Below are positions 1-10,629 of a DNA stretch of 64,000 bases, piece by piece; within the stretch, counting starts at the first letter, position 1; each line of letters opens with the position of its first letter. Source of the DNA: an uncultured Methanoregulaceae archaeon (GTDB lineage Archaea; Halobacteriota; Methanomicrobia; Methanomicrobiales; Methanospirillaceae); the NCBI GenBank assembly GCA_963701095.1, contig OY969564.1, forward strand, positions 1,472,001-1,536,000, given 5' to 3'. A program made the translations under genes and the position numbers. The notes under the pieces are model-generated. The model worked only from the letters and a program-made list of their open reading frames with translations, was not told the DNA's origin and ran no database searches.

Positions 1-1
1 G

Positions 2-433
2 GTCTGGAACCACCCGGAAGTAACTGTTGTCCTTTCCGGTATGTCAAGCCCCGAGCAGGTCAGACAGAATGTGGCTCTTGCAGAATCCGGGATAGCTAAT
101 TCGCTCACAAAAAAAGAACTCGCCCTCTATGTGAAAGTAAAAAAAGAGCTAAAAAAGCGGATTATCATTCCCTGTACCGGATGCAGGTACTGTGTACCCT
201 GCCCGCACGGCGTAAGCATCCCGGAATGCTTCGAGATGTTCAACTGTGGACACATTTACGAAGACGAAGAAGATGCACGGCAGCATTATACAATGTTCCT
301 CGGGGGATTCTTCGATGGTATTCCCCATTACGCCTCCTGCTGCCAGGAATGCGGAGAGTGTGAAGAAAAATGTCCCCAGAGCCTCCCAATCCGGGAAAAC
401 CTGAAAAAAGTGGAGGAATATTTCGGGAAATGA
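2..433 (+). CDS. Aldo/keto reductase with C-terminal 4Fe-4S dicluster (5' truncated by window edge)
   Basis: Frame open from base 2: VWNHPEVTVVLSGMS (AKR C-terminal motif), then CTGCRYCVPCP and CQECGECEEKCP ferredoxin motifs. Confidence 0.85.
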   Translation, partial: VWNHPEVTVVLSGMSSPEQVRQNVALAESGIANSLTKKELALYVKVKKELKKRIIIPCTGCRYCVPCPHGVSIPECFEMFNCGHIYEDEEDARQHYTMFLGGFFDGIPHYASCCQECGECEEKCPQSLPIRENLKKVEEYFGK

Positions 434-552
434 AAAAACCCCATTTCTCTGTGACGTAAAAATAAGTTGTCCCGGATCGATTACGAAGACAGAATGCGAA
501 ACAGCCCGATAAAGTTCCTTAAATAGTTGAAAGGTAAAAGGAACGGCTGTTC

Positions 553-1310
553 ATGACCTCCCCCGAACCCTTCACGATCAGGCATCCCTATTTCAGCGCC
601 GTCGGATTTCTTTTGATCGTTTTGGGAGTTGTCCTCGGCTTTGGGGCATTAAATGAATTTTTCCTGATGAGTACTGTCGAACAGGTAGCGTTAGGCGATC
701 TGGTTCTTGCGATCATCGGAATATTTCTTGTAATACGTCTTCGCTGGTGGGCAAAATCCGGGTTCACCAAAGGAATCAAGTGGGCAGATGTACCTCTCTT
801 CATCCTGCCTGCTGCAGTTTCCCTATTGTCACTTTCCGGGGGTATCCGGGTTAGTTCCGTTGTCACCATTCTTACTTTTGCAGCCGTGACGCTTGTGGTA
901 GGATTTGCAGAAGAAACGTATTTCCGGGGCCTGATACTGACATCCCTTATCCCGACAGGTGTGTTTCGTGCAGTTATTATCAGCTCTTTTTCTTTGCTGC
1001 ACCTCACCTGCTCAATACAATCGGGGGGGTATGGGATCCTTCGTTTGCCATCGTTGACAGTGTCGCCGCATTCGGCCTTGGATTTACCTTTGCCGCCCTT
1101 CGCACGAGGACAGGGTCAATCTGGCCCCTTATTGGCATCCATGCTCTCTTTGATTTTACATCACTTATCACCCTTGGGGGATTTGCGGTGCCGTCACAAT
1201 CATCCCAGGTTCTGATCACATCAGTGATCGTTGGCGTAGGCTTTACGGCATATGGCTTTTTCCTGCTTCAGGGATCGAAAATCAAGGTGCCAGAACAAAT
1301 TACTGGTTGA
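553..1310 (+). CDS. CPBP/CAAX (Abi) intramembrane metalloprotease; 1-nt frameshift near 986-991
   Basis: EETYFRG motif; after the shift the frame reads FAAPHL...RTGSIWPLIGIHALFD to TGA 1310. Confidence 0.85.
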
Positions 1311-1354
1311 AAGAGGTAACGGGGAAAAATAGTATAATTGTGCCAATAAACTCA

Positions 1355-2728
1355 CTACAGATTCCCCAGCAGCATTAGGAAGAAGCCCTGTGCTGCAATG
1401 ATCCGCTCAAGATCACCCATATCTACGCTTTCGTTTGTCCCGTGGACGCATGAATCCGCGGTATCCTCTGCACCCCATAAGATGAATTCCGCATGAGGTA
1501 CCGTTTCATGAAGTACGTTCACCAGAGGAATGGAGCCACCGGTCCCTTTTTCAAGAACCGGATTACCAAAGACCATTTCGAGAGCTTTTCTTGCGGTCAT
1601 ATAAGCGGGACCACCGGTAGGACAGGTAAAACCCGTAGAATGTCCAACTTCTTTCACATCAATATGAACATTCCACGGTACGGCTGCGTAGAGATGATCC
1701 ATTAAGATCTGCAACTCATGCCCTGCGTCAGCATTTGGGGCGATACGCATACTGATCTTTGCAGCCGCCCCCGGAATCAGGATGTTTGCAGATTTTTGTA
1801 TTGATGGGGCATCTATCCCGATTACGGTTATGGAAGGTTTGAACCAGAGGCGATCACCCAGAGGGCCGGTACCTATAAGGTCCACTCCGTCAAGTACACC
1901 GGCGCCTGCCCGGTAGTTTTCAACGGGATACCCCCCATTTTCAGAGGTAGCTGACCGAAGACCCTTTACCGCTACGTCACCCCGGATATCATGGAGCGTT
2001 GCAAGGATCTTTATTAAAGCAATTAACGCGTCAGGTGCTGCACCCCCAAACATACCGGAATGCACAGCGTGATCGAGCGTTCTGATATTGATGATACAGG
2101 AAACCTCACCTCTCAGGGATACTGTAAGTGCGGGTTCACCCACAGAAAGGTTGCCATTATCGGCAATAATAAACACATCGCATAAGAAAAGGTCCGGATG
2201 TGCAGCAGTAAAGTGTTCAAGATGACTGGTTGTTTCCTCCTCACCTTCTATAACGACTTTTATGCCAACCGGAGGTTTCCCTCCGAACAGTCTGATCGAT
2301 GCCGCAATCATCACAATACCTGATTTGTCGTCGGCAGTTCCCCGCCCGTACAGACGTCTTCCTTTTTCCAGAGGTTCCCAGGGATCTGTTTTCCATCCAT
2401 CCTCCTTTTGGGCTGGCTGGACATCGTAATGGGCGTACATGAGGATTGTAGGCTTTCCCGGAGGAGGTGGTATTTCGCCATACACAACAGGGTACTCCCC
2501 CGGGACCTCGATAAGGCGGGCATCAGGAAGCCCGTATCTCCTGAGTAATGTAACCGTAGCGTCTGCCATCGCGAGGACGGGTTCTTTGGGATAACCAGGA
2601 AATGCAACCGAGGGGAACCGGATAAGACCTTTGAGATCCTGAATAACATCAGGCATAATAGCGCGGGTTTTTTGCAAAACGATCTCTTTACATGCCAGCT
2701 CATCGCGCATAATAACTTCCCTGGACAT
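1355..2728 (-). CDS. M20 family dipeptidase/amidohydrolase
   Basis: YAHYDVQP, GRGTADDK, EGEEE, HSG, GGSIP and HGTNES motifs. Confidence 0.9.
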   Translation of the reverse strand: MSREVIMRDELACKEIVLQKTRAIMPDVIQDLKGLIRFPSVAFPGYPKEPVLAMADATVTLLRRYGLPDARLIEVPGEYPVVYGEIPPPPGKPTILMYAHYDVQPAQKEDGWKTDPWEPLEKGRRLYGRGTADDKSGIVMIAASIRLFGGKPPVGIKVVIEGEEETTSHLEHFTAAHPDLFLCDVFIIADNGNLSVGEPALTVSLRGEVSCIINIRTLDHAVHSGMFGGAAPDALIALIKILATLHDIRGDVAVKGLRSATSENGGYPVENYRAGAGVLDGVDLIGTGPLGDRLWFKPSITVIGIDAPSIQKSANILIPGAAAKISMRIAPNADAGHELQILMDHLYAAVPWNVHIDVKEVGHSTGFTCPTGGPAYMTARKALEMVFGNPVLEKGTGGSIPLVNVLHETVPHAEFILWGAEDTADSCVHGTNESVDMGDLERIIAAQGFFLMLLGNL

Positions 2729-2882
2729 TCATGATATATCCCAATATCAATATAACAAATCTCTTTAACCGGTATTCTGTAGCCGGATATAAAATAAGTG
2801 ATTATCCGATCCTCAGGTTAAAGGCGAATATTAATTCAATTTAAAATACCTGACGAGAGAAACGGAAAATAAAAGAGCCGGT

Positions 2883-3029
2883 TCACTGGCTCCCTTTTGC
2901 GTTCACTGCGCCAGTACAAACCTGAAGAAGGATAAGGTTGTACATTTCTCTTTCCTGAAGAGTCGGCGGAAAACGGGAATCGCACAGTACAGTTTCAATC
3001 TGGCGCACTACATCACGAAGATTTGTCAT
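2883..3029 (-). CDS. Small hypothetical protein, 48 aa (MTNLRDVVRQIETVLCDSRFPPTLQEREMYNLILLQVCTGAVNAKGSQ)
   Basis: ATG..TGA ORF below the track cutoff; AGGAGG upstream; TATA-like TATATA about 75 nt upstream; T-rich tract after the stop. Confidence 0.55.
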   Translation of the reverse strand: MTNLRDVVRQIETVLCDSRFPPTLQEREMYNLILLQVCTGAVNAKGSQ

Positions 3030-3265
3030 AATATCAGGGAACTCCTCCTGATGGTTGTGTAAACACCATCAAGGCTCGATCAAAAGTGAGCCAGATCGTG
3101 ATATATATTACCAGAATGGTGCGGGTTCAGGCATCGAACCTGAAAGTTAGCTGAAGTAATAAATCATGTATGGATTGCCAAGTAAGCATATTTACAATAA
3201 TCCTCTTTTTCCTGAAAAAAGATACCGAAAAATCTTTCCAAATTTTAAAAAATCTCATCGATAAT

Positions 3266-3310
3266 TATATCGGTGCAGTATATATCGGTGCAGTATATAT
3301 CGTTGCGGCG
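3266..3310. repeat. Three tandem 15-bp repeats upstream of the MFS gene
   Basis: TATATCGGTGCAGTA at 3266 and 3281; degenerate TATATCGTTGCGGCG at 3296. Confidence 0.85.
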
Positions 3311-3349
3311 TAATTATTTATTTCATCTTCCTGAGGAGACGTATCAGCT

Positions 3350-4565
3350 ATGAAGTGGCCACAATGGCTGAACAACACGGTTCTTGGAGCCGGCCTTGCA
3401 AGTTTTTTTGGTGATCTGGGCTACGAGACGGTCACCGTGTTGCTGCCTTCGTTTTTAATACTCCTTGGCGCACCGGTGTATGCTTTAGGTGTGATCGAAG
3501 GACTGAGTGACGGTGCATCCAGTTTTATAAAACTGTTTTCCGGGCACTTTGCTGACAAATTTGGTAAACGTCGTGAATTTGCCCTCGCAGGGTCCGTGGC
3601 AACCGCGATATTCCCTGCGTTTATTGCCGCTGCAGGTTCCTGGTTTGTCGTTCTCGGAGGAAGGGTTATTGGCTGGATTGGCAAAGGGATTCGGTCACCA
3701 TCCCGGGATGCAATTCTTGCCAATTCTGTGAAGAAAAAAGATCTTGGCAAGGCTTTTGGATTCCACAGGGCCAGCGACACGTTAGGGGCAATTGCCGGTC
3801 CCGCAGTTGCACTTTTGTTAGTTTCTACAATCGCTATCCGGACAATTATCTGGTTGGCGGTCATCCCGGGATTTCTGGCGTTTCTTGTTTTATGGCTGTT
3901 TTTAAAGGAAAAAAATCCAGCCCCCCATGACAATCCCCGTAAGTTAATTCCTTCGTTAAAAGGCCTTCCATCGCAATTTAGATCATTTCTCGGAGCAGTG
4001 CTCGTCTTTGGGATCGCGGATTTTTCCCAGACCCTGCTCATAGCTTTTGCGATTGTCGCCCTCACTCCTTTGCTTGGGTTTACCGTAGCAACCGCAGCAG
4101 GTGCCGGTCTTTACCTTATACGCAACATCACCTATGCAGCTTCGTCTTACCCGCTTGGCTGGATGGGTGATCGCATCGGCCGACGACCGGTGCTGATTAT
4201 GGGGTATTCCCTTGCTGTCGTGAGTTTTATCGGCTTTGTACTGGTATCCCCGGGTATTTTTGCGTATGCCATCCTGTTCGGGTTGTGTGGTGTGTTCATC
4301 GCCGCTGAAGATGCGCTCGAAGGTGCCCTTGCCGGGGAAATGGTGGGGGAAGATTCTCGCGGGCTTGGATTCGGGGCCCTAGCAGTCTGTCAACGGTGTT
4401 GGGGACCTCGTATCAAGTGTTATGATCGGATTTGTCTGGACATTTATAGGGTATAGCGCAGGGTTTATTATTGCGGCAGTTATTGCTGCAGCCGGGACAA
4501 TTCTCCTCATCTTGACAACCCGGGCGATAAAAAAGACAAAACATTCCGGTGGATCAATGCCCTGA
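3350..4565 (+). CDS. MFS transporter; +1 insertion near 4386
   Basis: Many TM helices; MFS motif A (GHFADKFGKRR, GWMGDRIGRR); shifted frame continues VNGVGDLVSS to TGA 4565. Confidence 0.88.
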
Positions 4566-4732
4566 ATTACGGATGATGGCCGCGAAAGAAAACTGGGGTA
4601 AAAGAACATGCCGTCAGGAAGACCGGGAAAATAATAATTGTCCCTGAACTTTTTTTGGCAGATTAATAAAATAATCTCGTAATTTTAAAGAGTGCAATAA
4701 TCGCCGGATTAACCTGAAAAAAGAATGAAAAA

Positions 4733-6928
4733 TTATACAGATAAGTAATCCGATGGGGTCGGCATTTGATCCTTGAGGCCTTTGCGCTTGCGGATACCGA
4801 TGACAACTTCCTTTACCATGTTGTTCGGTACAAGTTCGAATCCTGAAAACTCAGTGTTCCACATCGCACGGCCTTCCGTGGCTGACCTGATGTCACCGGA
4901 AAACCCGAAGAGTTCCGCGACCGGAGCTTTACCTACAACGGTAATCGTGTCCCCTTCACTCTGCATGTCAAAGACCTGACCGCGCCGTCCCTGGATCTGG
5001 GAGGTCGCGGCTCCCATCTGGTCCATCGGGACCGTAATCTGGATCTTCTGGACAGGTTCAAGAAGCGAGTCGCCCGCAATAAGCATGCCACCCTTGATTG
5101 CGCCACGAACCGCCGGAATAACCTGTGCAGGGCCACGGTGAATTGCATCTTCGTGCAGCTTGACATCGACCAGCGTCATCTTGAGATTCTGGACAGGCTC
5201 ATCGGCAAGCGGGCCACCGGCAAGGGCCTCATTGATACCCTCAATAATTAGTTCCATCGTCTCGTTGAGGTACTGAACGCCTTTGGTCATATCGATAAGC
5301 ATATTTGTGCCCTTTATATGCTTGACGTTCTTTGCCTCATCCTTGCCAAAGCCGGCCTTCAAGAGAACGTCGCGGCGTTCGATGGCCTGCTGGTTCATCG
5401 AGATCTCGCCGGCTTTAATCAAGCCGACGATCTCATCAGGCAATGGTTCAAGATCGAAATAGAACCTGTTGTGCCGGTTCGGGGACTTACCTTCTACCGA
5501 TTCCACTTTTCCCGTAACGGTTTCACGGTATACTACGATAGGTTCGGAAGTGACGATCTCGACACCCTTGTCCCGTTTGATACGACCCGTAACAATTTCG
5601 AGGTGCAGCTCGCCCATTCCGGAGATTAGATGCTCACCAGTCTCTTCGTTGATTGCAATACCAAGCGTCGGATCTTCCTTTGCCACCTGACGCAGTACTT
5701 CGACGAGCTTGGGCAGGTCCTTCATGTTCTTTGCCTCGACGGCAACAGTCATGACAGGCTCAGAGTAGTGTTTGAGCGACTCGAACGGGAACATATCCAG
5801 AAGTGAAGTTACCGTGGAGCCAACCATCGCATCCCGGAGACCGGTAACTGCCGCGATGTTTCCTGCGACAATCTCCTCGACCTCGACTCTCTTCGGGCCC
5901 ATGAAAATACCGACCTGCTGGAGCCGGTTTTCTTTCTTTGCAGAACCCATGACATAGAGGCCGTCACCCCTTTTCAGGCTGCCGGAGAAAAGACGCCCGG
6001 TTGCCACTTCTCCTGCGTGGGGGTCAAACGAAATATCGGTGACCATCATTGCGACCGGTCCGGTCGCGTCGCAGGCAAGCATTGACTTACCCTCTTTCGT
6101 AGTCTTGTCGCCATGCCAGATCACATTGACACGCCGTGGTTGGGCCTCAAGCGGGTTTGGCAGGTGGTGCACGACCATATCGAGTACGACCTCGTAGAGG
6201 GGGCTGTGTTTTGCGAGGTATTTCATGTCTCCGCTGCGGCATTTTTCGTAGACATCCTTGAACGAGACGCCGCTCTTTTTCATGTACGGCACCGAGATGG
6301 CCCAGTTGTAGAGTGCTGATCCGAAGGCAACTGTACCCTGAGAAGCGTCGAGTTTCCAGCCATTGTTGTAGGACTCCTCGTTCATGCCCTTGATGAGCTT
6401 GTTGACCTTGTCGATAACTTTGCCGAGCCTGATCTGCATCTCAGTCTCATCAACCTTAAGCTCATTGACCAGCCGGTCGACCTTGTTGATGAAAAGAACC
6501 GGGCGGACCTGCTCTTTTAGAGCCTGACGGAGAACGGTCTCGGTCTGGGGCATGGTGCCTTCTACCGCATCGACGAGAACGACCGCACCATCGACTGCAC
6601 GCATTGCACGGGTGACGTCGCCACCAAAGTCGACGTGACCTGGTGTATCGATCATATTGATCAGATAATCCCGACCCTCGTACTCGTGCACCATCGAAAC
6701 GTTTGATGCATCAATGGTAATACCCCGGGCCTGCTCCTCTGCATCCGAATCCATGAAAAGCTGCTTGCCCGCTAGCTCTTCAGAAATGATACCGGCACCC
6801 GCAAGCAGGTTATCGGAAAGCGTGGTCTTGCCGTGGTCGATATGCGCCACGATACCAATATTTCTGATGTGCTTGGGATCCTTCATGAGCTCGACTACAC
6901 GCTCTACCGTTTTTTTGCCACGTGACAT
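4733..6928 (-). CDS. fusA: Elongation factor EF-2
   Basis: [26 protein letters not shown]; diphthamide loop [11 protein letters not shown]. Confidence 0.99.
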   Translation of the reverse strand: MSRGKKTVERVVELMKDPKHIRNIGIVAHIDHGKTTLSDNLLAGAGIISEELAGKQLFMDSDAEEQARGITIDASNVSMVHEYEGRDYLINMIDTPGHVDFGGDVTRAMRAVDGAVVLVDAVEGTMPQTETVLRQALKEQVRPVLFINKVDRLVNELKVDETEMQIRLGKVIDKVNKLIKGMNEESYNNGWKLDASQGTVAFGSALYNWAISVPYMKKSGVSFKDVYEKCRSGDMKYLAKHSPLYEVVLDMVVHHLPNPLEAQPRRVNVIWHGDKTTKEGKSMLACDATGPVAMMVTDISFDPHAGEVATGRLFSGSLKRGDGLYVMGSAKKENRLQQVGIFMGPKRVEVEEIVAGNIAAVTGLRDAMVGSTVTSLLDMFPFESLKHYSEPVMTVAVEAKNMKDLPKLVEVLRQVAKEDPTLGIAINEETGEHLISGMGELHLEIVTGRIKRDKGVEIVTSEPIVVYRETVTGKVESVEGKSPNRHNRFYFDLEPLPDEIVGLIKAGEISMNQQAIERRDVLLKAGFGKDEAKNVKHIKGTNMLIDMTKGVQYLNETMELIIEGINEALAGGPLADEPVQNLKMTLVDVKLHEDAIHRGPAQVIPAVRGAIKGGMLIAGDSLLEPVQKIQITVPMDQMGAATSQIQGRRGQVFDMQSEGDTITVVGKAPVAELFGFSGDIRSATEGRAMWNTEFSGFELVPNNMVKEVVIGIRKRKGLKDQMPTPSDYLSV

Positions 6929-6952
6929 GAAAATAACCTCAAAAAAGATGTT

Positions 6953-7555
6953 TTACCTGGCGGATTTTGCAATCCTTTCCTTTTCTTCCTTTTTCCCAAC
7001 CGAGTAGCATTTTGCATCGCCCTTTGAGGCGGCAATAAGTTCATCGGCAAGGATAGCACTCGCGGGTTTCTTGTTCTTGCGCGAAGACTTCCAGACGGCC
7101 TCTGCGATGAAACCGATGGCAGAGTCGACACGGCGCAGGGGGGCTGTATCGACAGATTTCGGGACGTTAATACCGCCATACTTCAACCGGACTGTTTCTT
7201 CACGGGGACCGGTGTTGCCGATTGCTTCAACGAGCACTTCAATAGGGTTTCGTTTCGTTTTCTTGTTGATAATCTCGAATGCATCCCGCACAATCCTTAT
7301 TGCCAGCTGCTTCTTGCCGGTATTATTCTCGGTCTGCATCAGGCTGTTGATCAGTCTTTCGACGATCATCATATTTGCCTTATTGAACTCCTGGCGCGAG
7401 AACTTGCCGCAGGAGTGGGGGATGATCTGTGGGGTGAGGTTCACATACCGTACAAGGCTCGGATCGGTTACCTTTACTTCGGATACATCCCACTTATTGA
7501 AGAGCAACTTCTTGATTATGGGCTTCGCTTCGGTTTTTACTTCTGCTTCGACCAT
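6953..7555 (-). CDS. rps7: 30S ribosomal protein S7 (uS7)
   Basis: GPREETVRLKYGG, KEEKERIAKSAR; lies between rps12 and EF-2. Confidence 0.98.
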   Translation of the reverse strand: MVEAEVKTEAKPIIKKLLFNKWDVSEVKVTDPSLVRYVNLTPQIIPHSCGKFSRQEFNKANMMIVERLINSLMQTENNTGKKQLAIRIVRDAFEIINKKTKRNPIEVLVEAIGNTGPREETVRLKYGGINVPKSVDTAPLRRVDSAIGFIAEAVWKSSRKNKKPASAILADELIAASKGDAKCYSVGKKEEKERIAKSAR

Positions 7556-7560
7556 TATGA

Positions 7561-7989
7561 TCACCTGCGCGGTTTCTCTTTCCTGCCAATAACCATTTCA
7601 TGGAGGCAGACATTATTCACGCTCGTTACGACATACCGGACTCCGGGAATATCACCCATGGACCGGCCCAGTCGTCCACCAATACCTTCAATCTCGACCT
7701 CATCATGCTCATCAATAAAATTGATGGCACCATCGCCAACCGCAAAAGCGGTGACCTGCCGGCCGTTTTTGATTAGCTGGACGCGCACGCATTTCCGGAT
7801 TGCCGAGTTAGGCTGTTTTGCCTCAACACCGACTTTCTCCAGTACAATACCCCTCGCCTGCGGAGCGCCTTCCAGCGGATCCGATTTAACATCGAGGTTG
7901 AGTTCGCGGCGTGCGTAATTCTTGTCGCTCCACCGGAATTTTTTTGAGTCCCGAACCAGTTTTCTGGCTGCGAATTTACCCTGTCCCAT
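7561..7989 (-). CDS. rps12: 30S ribosomal protein S12 (uS12)
   Basis: [26 protein letters not shown]. Confidence 0.99.
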   Translation of the reverse strand: MGQGKFAARKLVRDSKKFRWSDKNYARRELNLDVKSDPLEGAPQARGIVLEKVGVEAKQPNSAIRKCVRVQLIKNGRQVTAFAVGDGAINFIDEHDEVEIEGIGGRLGRSMGDIPGVRYVVTSVNNVCLHEMVIGRKEKPRR

Positions 7990-8156
7990 TAAAGAGCCTC
8001 ATTTCAGTTGTTTTTGTGGTTATCGATACCCCACACTTGAGATATATACTAAAGCCGGGAACCGATTTATAAATTGTGGCATCCACCAGCCTGTCTTATT
8101 CTATTGTCCCTCACTCATAATAAGATTATATCCTCCAGCCACCAAACTTATGGGCA

Positions 8157-8561
8157 ATGACCGTCGCGATTTACAAAGAAGTCCAGATCGATGCAAGCCA
8201 CCGGCTGCTCCATTACCAGGGGAAATGCGCAAACCTGCATGGCCACCGCTGGAAGATAGAAGTCTGGATAGAAGGCGAACCCGACGCGAAAACCGGCATC
8301 CTGCTTGATTATAACGTCATTAAGGAATCAATTGGAAAATACGACCACCAAATCATTCTTAACTGTGATGACCCCATGGTGGCCAGTATCGAAAAGTTCC
8401 AGCATGTACTCACAACACCGGGGGATCCAACGAGCGAACTGCTCGCCCGTATTTTCAAGGAGGATCTCGAGGGCATCTGTCTGGTCCAGCGTATTGCGGC
8501 ACATGTCATAAAGATCCGCGTCTGGGAATCGCCAAATTGCTATGCAGAGATCGCAGAATGA
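8157..8561 (+). CDS. queD: 6-carboxytetrahydropterin synthase
   Basis: ASHRL..Y.GKCANLHGHRW; PTSE; VWES. Confidence 0.92.
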   Translation: MTVAIYKEVQIDASHRLLHYQGKCANLHGHRWKIEVWIEGEPDAKTGILLDYNVIKESIGKYDHQIILNCDDPMVASIEKFQHVLTTPGDPTSELLARIFKEDLEGICLVQRIAAHVIKIRVWESPNCYAEIAE

Positions 8562-9166
8562 AGATTGTCGAAATTTTTGAAAGCCTTCAGGGAGAAGGGA
8601 AAAACCAAGGCAGGCCCTGCTTTTTTATCCGGCTGGCCGGTTGTAACCTTTCCTGTCGCTGGTGCGATACTGTGTACGCCCAGTCAGGAGGGACAGAAAT
8701 AGGCTGTGAAGAGATTCTCGAACAGTGCTGGCGGAAAAATCCACACCTAGTCTGCATCACGGGAGGTGAACCTCTCCTCCAGAAAGATGCCCTCCTGTCT
8801 ATCCTTCCATCACTTCATAAACGAGGAACGGCGATCGACATCGAAACCAATGGAACGATCGCCTTTATCGATCTGCAACCGTACGCGTCTGTTTGTATGG
8901 ATGTAAAATGCCCTTCTTCCGGAGAGACGAGTGATCTTTCACTCCTTTCCGCTATCCGGCCTACAGATAGTGTAAAGTTCGTGATTATGGATGAGAATGA
9001 CTGCAGGTATGCAAAGGACGTTCTTGATCACCATTCAATTGCCGGAGAGATATTCTTCTCTCCGGTCTGCGGAACAAATTATCAGTCCATTATCCGTTAC
9101 ATTCTTGAAAACGACCTTCAGGTGCGGTTTCAGCTCCAGCTCCATAAGATTATCGGAGTGAAATGA
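8558..9166 (+). CDS. queE: 7-carboxy-7-deazaguanine synthase (radical SAM)
   Basis: EIFESLQGEG, CNLSCRWCDT, ITGGEP, ETNG, QLHK. Confidence 0.95.
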   Translation: MKIVEIFESLQGEGKNQGRPCFFIRLAGCNLSCRWCDTVYAQSGGTEIGCEEILEQCWRKNPHLVCITGGEPLLQKDALLSILPSLHKRGTAIDIETNGTIAFIDLQPYASVCMDVKCPSSGETSDLSLLSAIRPTDSVKFVIMDENDCRYAKDVLDHHSIAGEIFFSPVCGTNYQSIIRYILENDLQVRFQLQLHKIIGVK

Positions 9167-9201
9167 TGAGAGCATATCCAGTCCTATATGAGGTGGAATG
9201 A
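9166..9201 (+). pseudogene. Possible queC deletion scar (11-codon mini-ORF MRAYPVLYEVE)
   Basis: Overlaps the queE stop and the NUDIX start; ends resemble the QueC N-terminus (MKA/MRA) and C-terminus (DP.xYE). Confidence 0.45.
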
Positions 9202-9698
9202 TGGAGATCTTCCGGGGAAGACGCCTCTGGATTGAAAAAACGAACGTCCGGTTTCCAAACGGCGTTGAAGCAGAGAAGGTGACCGTGCACCCCGGTACTG
9301 CGGTCGCTATACTACCTGTAACACCATCCGGGTATAAGATTCTGCGTCAGTACCGGTACGCAATCGGTCAGTACATATACGAGGCACCTGCGGGAACCAT
9401 GGAACAAGGAGAGGATCCTCTTACCACGGCACACCGTGAACTTATAGAGGAAGCCGGTGTTGCGGCAGGGACTATGATCCCCCGGGGTTTTATTTATACA
9501 ACACCCGGCTTTACCGATGAAAAGATCTGGCTCTTTGAAGCCAGTGATCTGTCTCCATCCCACGAATTTGAAAAAGATGCTGACGAAGTGATTGAAGTGA
9601 TAGATATTACGCGAGATGAGATAACTGCGATGATTGCAGATGGCAGGATCACCGATGCAAAAACGATCTGCCTTTTCCAGCGATGCAAGGGAGAATAA
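9198..9698 (+). CDS. NUDIX hydrolase (ADP-ribose pyrophosphatase-like)
   Basis: QYRY, PAGTMEQGEDPLTTAHRELIEEAG Nudix box, DAKT. Confidence 0.92.
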   Translation: MMEIFRGRRLWIEKTNVRFPNGVEAEKVTVHPGTAVAILPVTPSGYKILRQYRYAIGQYIYEAPAGTMEQGEDPLTTAHRELIEEAGVAAGTMIPRGFIYTTPGFTDEKIWLFEASDLSPSHEFEKDADEVIEVIDITRDEITAMIADGRITDAKTICLFQRCKGE

Positions 9699-9701
9699 AA
9701 C

Positions 9702-10592
9702 ATGCGGGCATTTATCGTTGCTGCTATCATTTTCAGCCTTATTGTGCTCGCATTTTGCGCGGGTTGCACGAGCTCCAATACACCATCGTATTCAGTGGAT
9801 AATAACGGCATTCTCTCGGTAACCTGTGCGCCAGTCACGACGAGCGAGAGTGTACTGTTTTCAAACGACACCTACACCGAATCAAAAATTATTCTCCACA
9901 CCCAGGCCGGTGATGTGGTCACCTACCTGAGTTATCCGAAACAACCAAAGGCGGTGTTATTATATCTGCCGGGTGCCGGGGAGCAAATAACCGGGCATGA
10001 GGGGAGAATGGTCCAGTATGCGGCAGACGGATATGCATTTATGTTTCTTGATTACCGTGGGCGGGGAGGAGAGACTACCGGGTATCCACTTAACCCCAAT
10101 ACCGATTTTGCGCTTTTCGAGAACAAAGAATGGCCTGAATATTACCTGACCATCTGTGATATCTCTTCGGCACGCGCTATGCTTGCCTCCCGGTTTGGTG
10201 TCCCGGTCTATGCGGTTGGTGGTAGCAACGGCGGCCGGTATGCGGCAGTTGCTGCTGGTGTTGATAAGAATTTTGCCGGATATATCGGGATATCTACGGC
10301 CGACTGGGGGATCAAAGAACAGGCGATTGCACAGGGAGGATCAGGTGACGTAATCCGTTTTGCTACCTCGCTTGAACCAAGTACTTACCTGCCGACGATC
10401 TCCCCACGCCCGGTCTGGATGTTCCATAATGCAACCGATCCTATTATTCCCTTTGCTGACGGAGAGGCCCTCTTTGCAACAGCAAACCAGCCAAAGAATT
10501 TCACCATATTTAATGGCGGGCATGGAATTAACCCGGTAGTTGACAACCTGCTTATGGACCGCTTAGCGCAAATTTATGGTACACCAACGTGA
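9702..10592 (+). CDS. Secreted/lipoprotein alpha/beta hydrolase
   Basis: Signal peptide with lipobox-like CAGC; GGSNGG nucleophile elbow; DPIIP and GGH triad residues. Confidence 0.8.
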   Translation: MRAFIVAAIIFSLIVLAFCAGCTSSNTPSYSVDNNGILSVTCAPVTTSESVLFSNDTYTESKIILHTQAGDVVTYLSYPKQPKAVLLYLPGAGEQITGHEGRMVQYAADGYAFMFLDYRGRGGETTGYPLNPNTDFALFENKEWPEYYLTICDISSARAMLASRFGVPVYAVGGSNGGRYAAVAAGVDKNFAGYIGISTADWGIKEQAIAQGGSGDVIRFATSLEPSTYLPTISPRPVWMFHNATDPIIPFADGEALFATANQPKNFTIFNGGHGINPVVDNLLMDRLAQIYGTPT

Positions 10593-10629
10593 ATAGGTAC
10601 TAGCTTTATACAGAGGCTGAATTCCGCAC

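Noticed and set aside
3030..3075. Fluoride riboswitch (GATGGTGTT..AACC..CTGAT on the minus strand)
   Set aside because: The P1 pairing and the 3' GATGACnCC pseudoknot strand are missing, and the downstream gene is not a fluoride exporter.
3266..3310. CRISPR array
   Set aside because: The repeats are 15 bp, directly adjacent with no spacers, and there are no cas genes.
8157..9166. Dpd 7-deazaguanine DNA-modification island
   Set aside because: No dpdA/TGT-like or dpdB-K genes; the context is housekeeping.
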